NCBI GenBank assembly: GCA_964188305.1
Contig: OZ076887.1
Direction: 5' to 3' (one strand)
DNA length: 64,000 nt
Origin: Podarcis bocagei
Taxonomy: Eukaryota
Below the pieces are notes generated by a model. The model saw only the letters and a list, made by a program, of their open reading frames with translations, had not been told where the DNA came from and did not search any database. The position numbers and the translations under genes were made by a program. This document shows, piece by piece, positions 60,276 through 64,000 of the stretch. Every line of letters starts with the position of its first letter. The stretch's first letter is position 1.

Positions 60276-63200
60276 AGTCCAATTAACAATACTACTATTA
60301 ATGAACAGCTGGCTGTCAGTCTGAAGGCAGGATGTACAAAGCGATACAGCGGGAAGCAGAGCTGGGCTTTGCATGGTCAAATGCCCATTTAGAAGGCTAG
60401 TGCCTTTGAACCTTGTATAAATTAATATGTTATGTCATGAGTGATTACAAGTAATTTTGCTCAAGGTGAAGCTTTAGAGGCCAACTATCACTTCCTATTA
60501 TATACATGCAACAAAGTCAGTTGACTTTAACAGGACTTGCGACCATATATAGCTAAGTACAAAATGTATTTACCCTCTTGAATTAACATCACTGTTTTAT
60601 GATGTTATCAACATTTCATCAAACAATGATCATGAATGGAGTGATGCTTGCTGCTTATTTTACCTGTTTGACCAGCATAGATGAAAGTTTAGAGGATGGA
60701 ATTCCACAAAGGTTGTCCCCCTTTCCATCCATGTTTAGAAGAAGCTTTGTGTCTTTGCCTTTCCGCCTCTTCTGTCCTTTCTTCTGCTTAGTTGTATTGG
60801 ATAACTGCTCCGTCATTGTTGCCTGGAGTTGCATTCTTTGATCTAACCATTAAGAAAGATCAGGTTGTAGCCATTTATAACGTCTATTTTTGCCCACATT
60901 CATCACTAAGCTTAAACTGCCAGCATAACATTACGAGAGCTATTGGCACAGTTTGTTTGGATATTCCATGAGGCATACCCCATGAAACAAGAATGATTTA
61001 GTGTTGTTTGTAGAAGAGTAGTAAATACTGTGGCCAATTAATTTGTATGTTCTTAAGGACTACACTGTGAGGTGTACAGTATCATGCAATTTGCAAGAAA
61101 GCAATCCCTGGCACTGGTAGATTTTGGATGTTAACTGTCACCAAACCCAGGCAGGAGAGTGTAAGCAACTGTGTAGGGATGACTAGTTATACTGATCGGA
61201 TAAGGCTTTCTCAGATTTTTGGAAATTTGACTTATATCTTCTCAAAGACCATATTAGAAATTTTGATACGTCAAAGTCAGCTACCTTAACAATTCTAAGG
61301 GCCAAATTAGATGATACATGGAATGTGTGATTAACACTTCCCTTCTGTACTGCAGCCCCCCACAAAATTAGCCTCCAGAACTGCCTTACACTCAGAGAGT
61401 GAAGCTGCCATTGATTAACTCCCATTGATTAACATTGCCATCATCCTGATCCTCACAGCTGCTTTTTTAAAAACCAGCCATTGGGATTTTAAAACAAAAC
61501 AAAACAAAAAACAAAACAAAACAAAACAAGATAACCTGAAATGCAGTCACATATTCCCCATGTTATATAGTTTGACCCACACAAAATTATTACCTTGTAT
61601 GTATTTTTATGAACACCAGGATTGGCTCACCATTTATAACCAAGTATGAAGTATGTTTGAACATAAAGGAAACTTGTCTACTCAAGTGAGAGCTATCTTC
61701 CTTCATTTTGAGTAAGTTATTCAGTGAGGAACTTCTTCTTTTTTGAAAAAGAAGAAGGTAGATATGAAAACATTCCATCCATTTGCACAAAAATTGCTTT
61801 GAAATTGTTTGGGGTTTTTTTGCATATATTATGTATGTGAAAGTCAGTTATCTTGAATACCAAGTTCAGAAGTGCATAATAGCCCCATATGGGTTTGAAA
61901 TTAGAGAACAGCATTATGCCAGATGAGTTTCATTTTCTTGTCAAAATGTGCATAATCCTTTCTCAGCAGTTAATCAAATTTTACAAAAAAAGGGAAGTGT
62001 TTTCTGTTTGCCCTCCAAGCTAAGGATTCTAATCACAGTTAATGAAGAGCTAGGCAAAATATCCCAAACACTGTTTGGTCCCACAGCCACTTGAGTTAAA
62101 GCTTAGGCAGTGGCTTTTATATGCTTTTTGTAAGTCTGCCTTTAGCTCATGTGAAGGCAGGCAAGGCTTGGGGTGGAATTGGTCACATGAGATAGCTGGA
62201 GTTGGGAGCTTACAGTGAGTATGCAAAAAGACTTTACTGAAGCTTTCACTGAGTTGGGTTTAGGAAGTTCCTAACTCTTGGCCAGGCATGCTTAAGGATC
62301 ACACAAGTCTTTTGTCCCCAAGCTTTGGCAGCTTCTCTGACCTGTGCTGGGTGAGCTACAACCATCCAATGTGGCCTCAGAGGGGGAGGACTTTTTTGAG
62401 AAGAATAAAAGGGCATCTCTGGGAGAACATGGCTAGCTGTGATCTTTTGGTCAACAGTAATATGAGATCATGCGGTAGTCGCACATTCTTCCATTCCCCA
62501 GTAGCACAGTGTCTGAGCTCCAGAACATGAACATGAAATCGTTCACAGTGTGGAATAATGAGCAGATTGTGCAATCAAGAATTAAGTCATGAAGAAATGC
62601 AGACTCTGTGCTTTGGAAACTCAATTTAGTACCATGAATGGAACCAGCTGTGAAAAGGGGTATGTTGTGTGATGAAACCACTTGGCAAAGCCAATGGAGG
62701 AGGGATGCACATGACTCCTGCTTTTAATCTGCAACGGATATTGATGATGCATCAAGAGCACCAAAGGGGCAAAGCATCCAACCAGAGAGGCAGATTTTAT
62801 CAGAAACATGTTGGGAGTCAGGGGCAGAATTCTAGAGGATAAACACTATGGCAACTCAATTTGGCAGAGGAGTAGGCTGCAACAAAGTTACTTAATTAGA
62901 CTTGTCGCCCCCCTAACATGCAACTGCTTTGTATTAATCAACAAATGTTGACAACTGACCAAGAAGACAGAGGGTGGTTTTAATATGTCTTTTCCTAAAG
63001 GCATTTCAGCCACCACAGAACCATAAGTACAGCCAAAGCTCTGCATGCCTAGCATTTGACAGGAGGTGTTTATCTGGACTCCCCAGACAGGCATTTCCCA
63101 AAGGACTTAACATTTCTATTTGCCAAATGCAGGTGGACAAGTTGTAGCTTATAATGTGGTCACTGTACATCATTCTGTGTGACACCTGCCTGCCTGCCTA

Positions 63201-64000
63201 TCTAATCTATATAGTGTATGGAGTGACTATAGGCTGTCCCCGAAGATAGGCTGCAAACCAGGTTTTATTTTGGGGATGGGGAAGAAGAGTGAGGAATCCA
63301 TGTAATATATTGGCTAGCATGTAATTTATCTACCAGGAAACAAGCACACAATTCAGCAAAAGTGGAGCCGTGACTATGGCTGTATTCCTGTGCATGCTTA
63401 CCTGGCCCATTAACCTCAATGGAAGCTCTGAGGAAGAACACACATAACAGGTCTAAATGTTTATTTGACATTGGCAGGACTTAAGTGAGCTTCAGTCAGT
63501 ATCACTCAGGGCTGGCACTAGACCTCCAGAATGCACCCAGCACAGTGCTACTACTGGCCCCCCGACTCATGGTCATAACTACACAGTATTTTTTCCATTC
63601 TGTTGCTGTAGCAGCAACAACACCCTGCCAGCCCCCTGGAAGCGTGGTTGGGCAGGTGGTTGGGCAGGTGGTAGTGCCACTTTTGAATGGGAACCAAGCT
63701 TGGTTCCTATCTATGGTGGCTACCTGCCATCTTTATTTATCCAAAATGTTTCCCCAGTTGGGTTTGATAGTTGTTATACACACATTGCAGTGTGAATAAA
63801 TGTGAGCCACCACCATGGATGGGCACTGAGCTTTGTTGCCATTCAAAAATGGCATCATCACCTGCCCACCACTAGAAACAGATGTCTGAGGGCCTTGTGG
63901 GCCATGGCAGTGAATATTGGTTTGGCCAGGCTAGACTAGTAAGGAGCTCTTTAGAGCCTCTGGGCTGCTGATTCCTGGCACCAGGCTTGGACCCCTTCCA

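Overview
Vertebrate genomic DNA, almost certainly a squamate reptile and probably a lacertid lizard (inferred from a full-length Sauria SINE, a Squam3-type SINE and a BovB 3' end). The only intact protein-coding gene I can support is CCN2 (CTGF) on the minus strand: five coding exons (17118-17053, 16880-16661, 16204-15947, 15777-15566, 14755-14459; 1053 nt, 350 aa, all 38 CCN cysteines). It has a CpG-island promoter with TATA, CCAAT, three TEAD motifs, BCE-1/TbRE and a Smad element, and a ~1.1 kb 3'UTR. The rest is ~13 kb of downstream and ~47 kb of upstream intergenic DNA filled with transposon relics (Gypsy RT, RTE, BovB, L1, CR1, SINEs, Tc1/mariner and hAT MITEs, a solo LTR) and microsatellites. 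I found no convincing new gene system. The best leads are non-coding: two degenerate Penelope-type minimal hammerhead ribozymes with covarying stem II, a mariner MITE apparently split by a 682-bp composite CR1/Penelope insert, a ~234-bp inverted repeat 1.2 kb upstream of CCN2, a cluster of three perfect CArG boxes, transposon-borne CTCF-like motifs, and conserved or altered elements in the CCN2 3'UTR. Comparisons with human CCN2 and repeat family names are from memory and need alignment to confirm.
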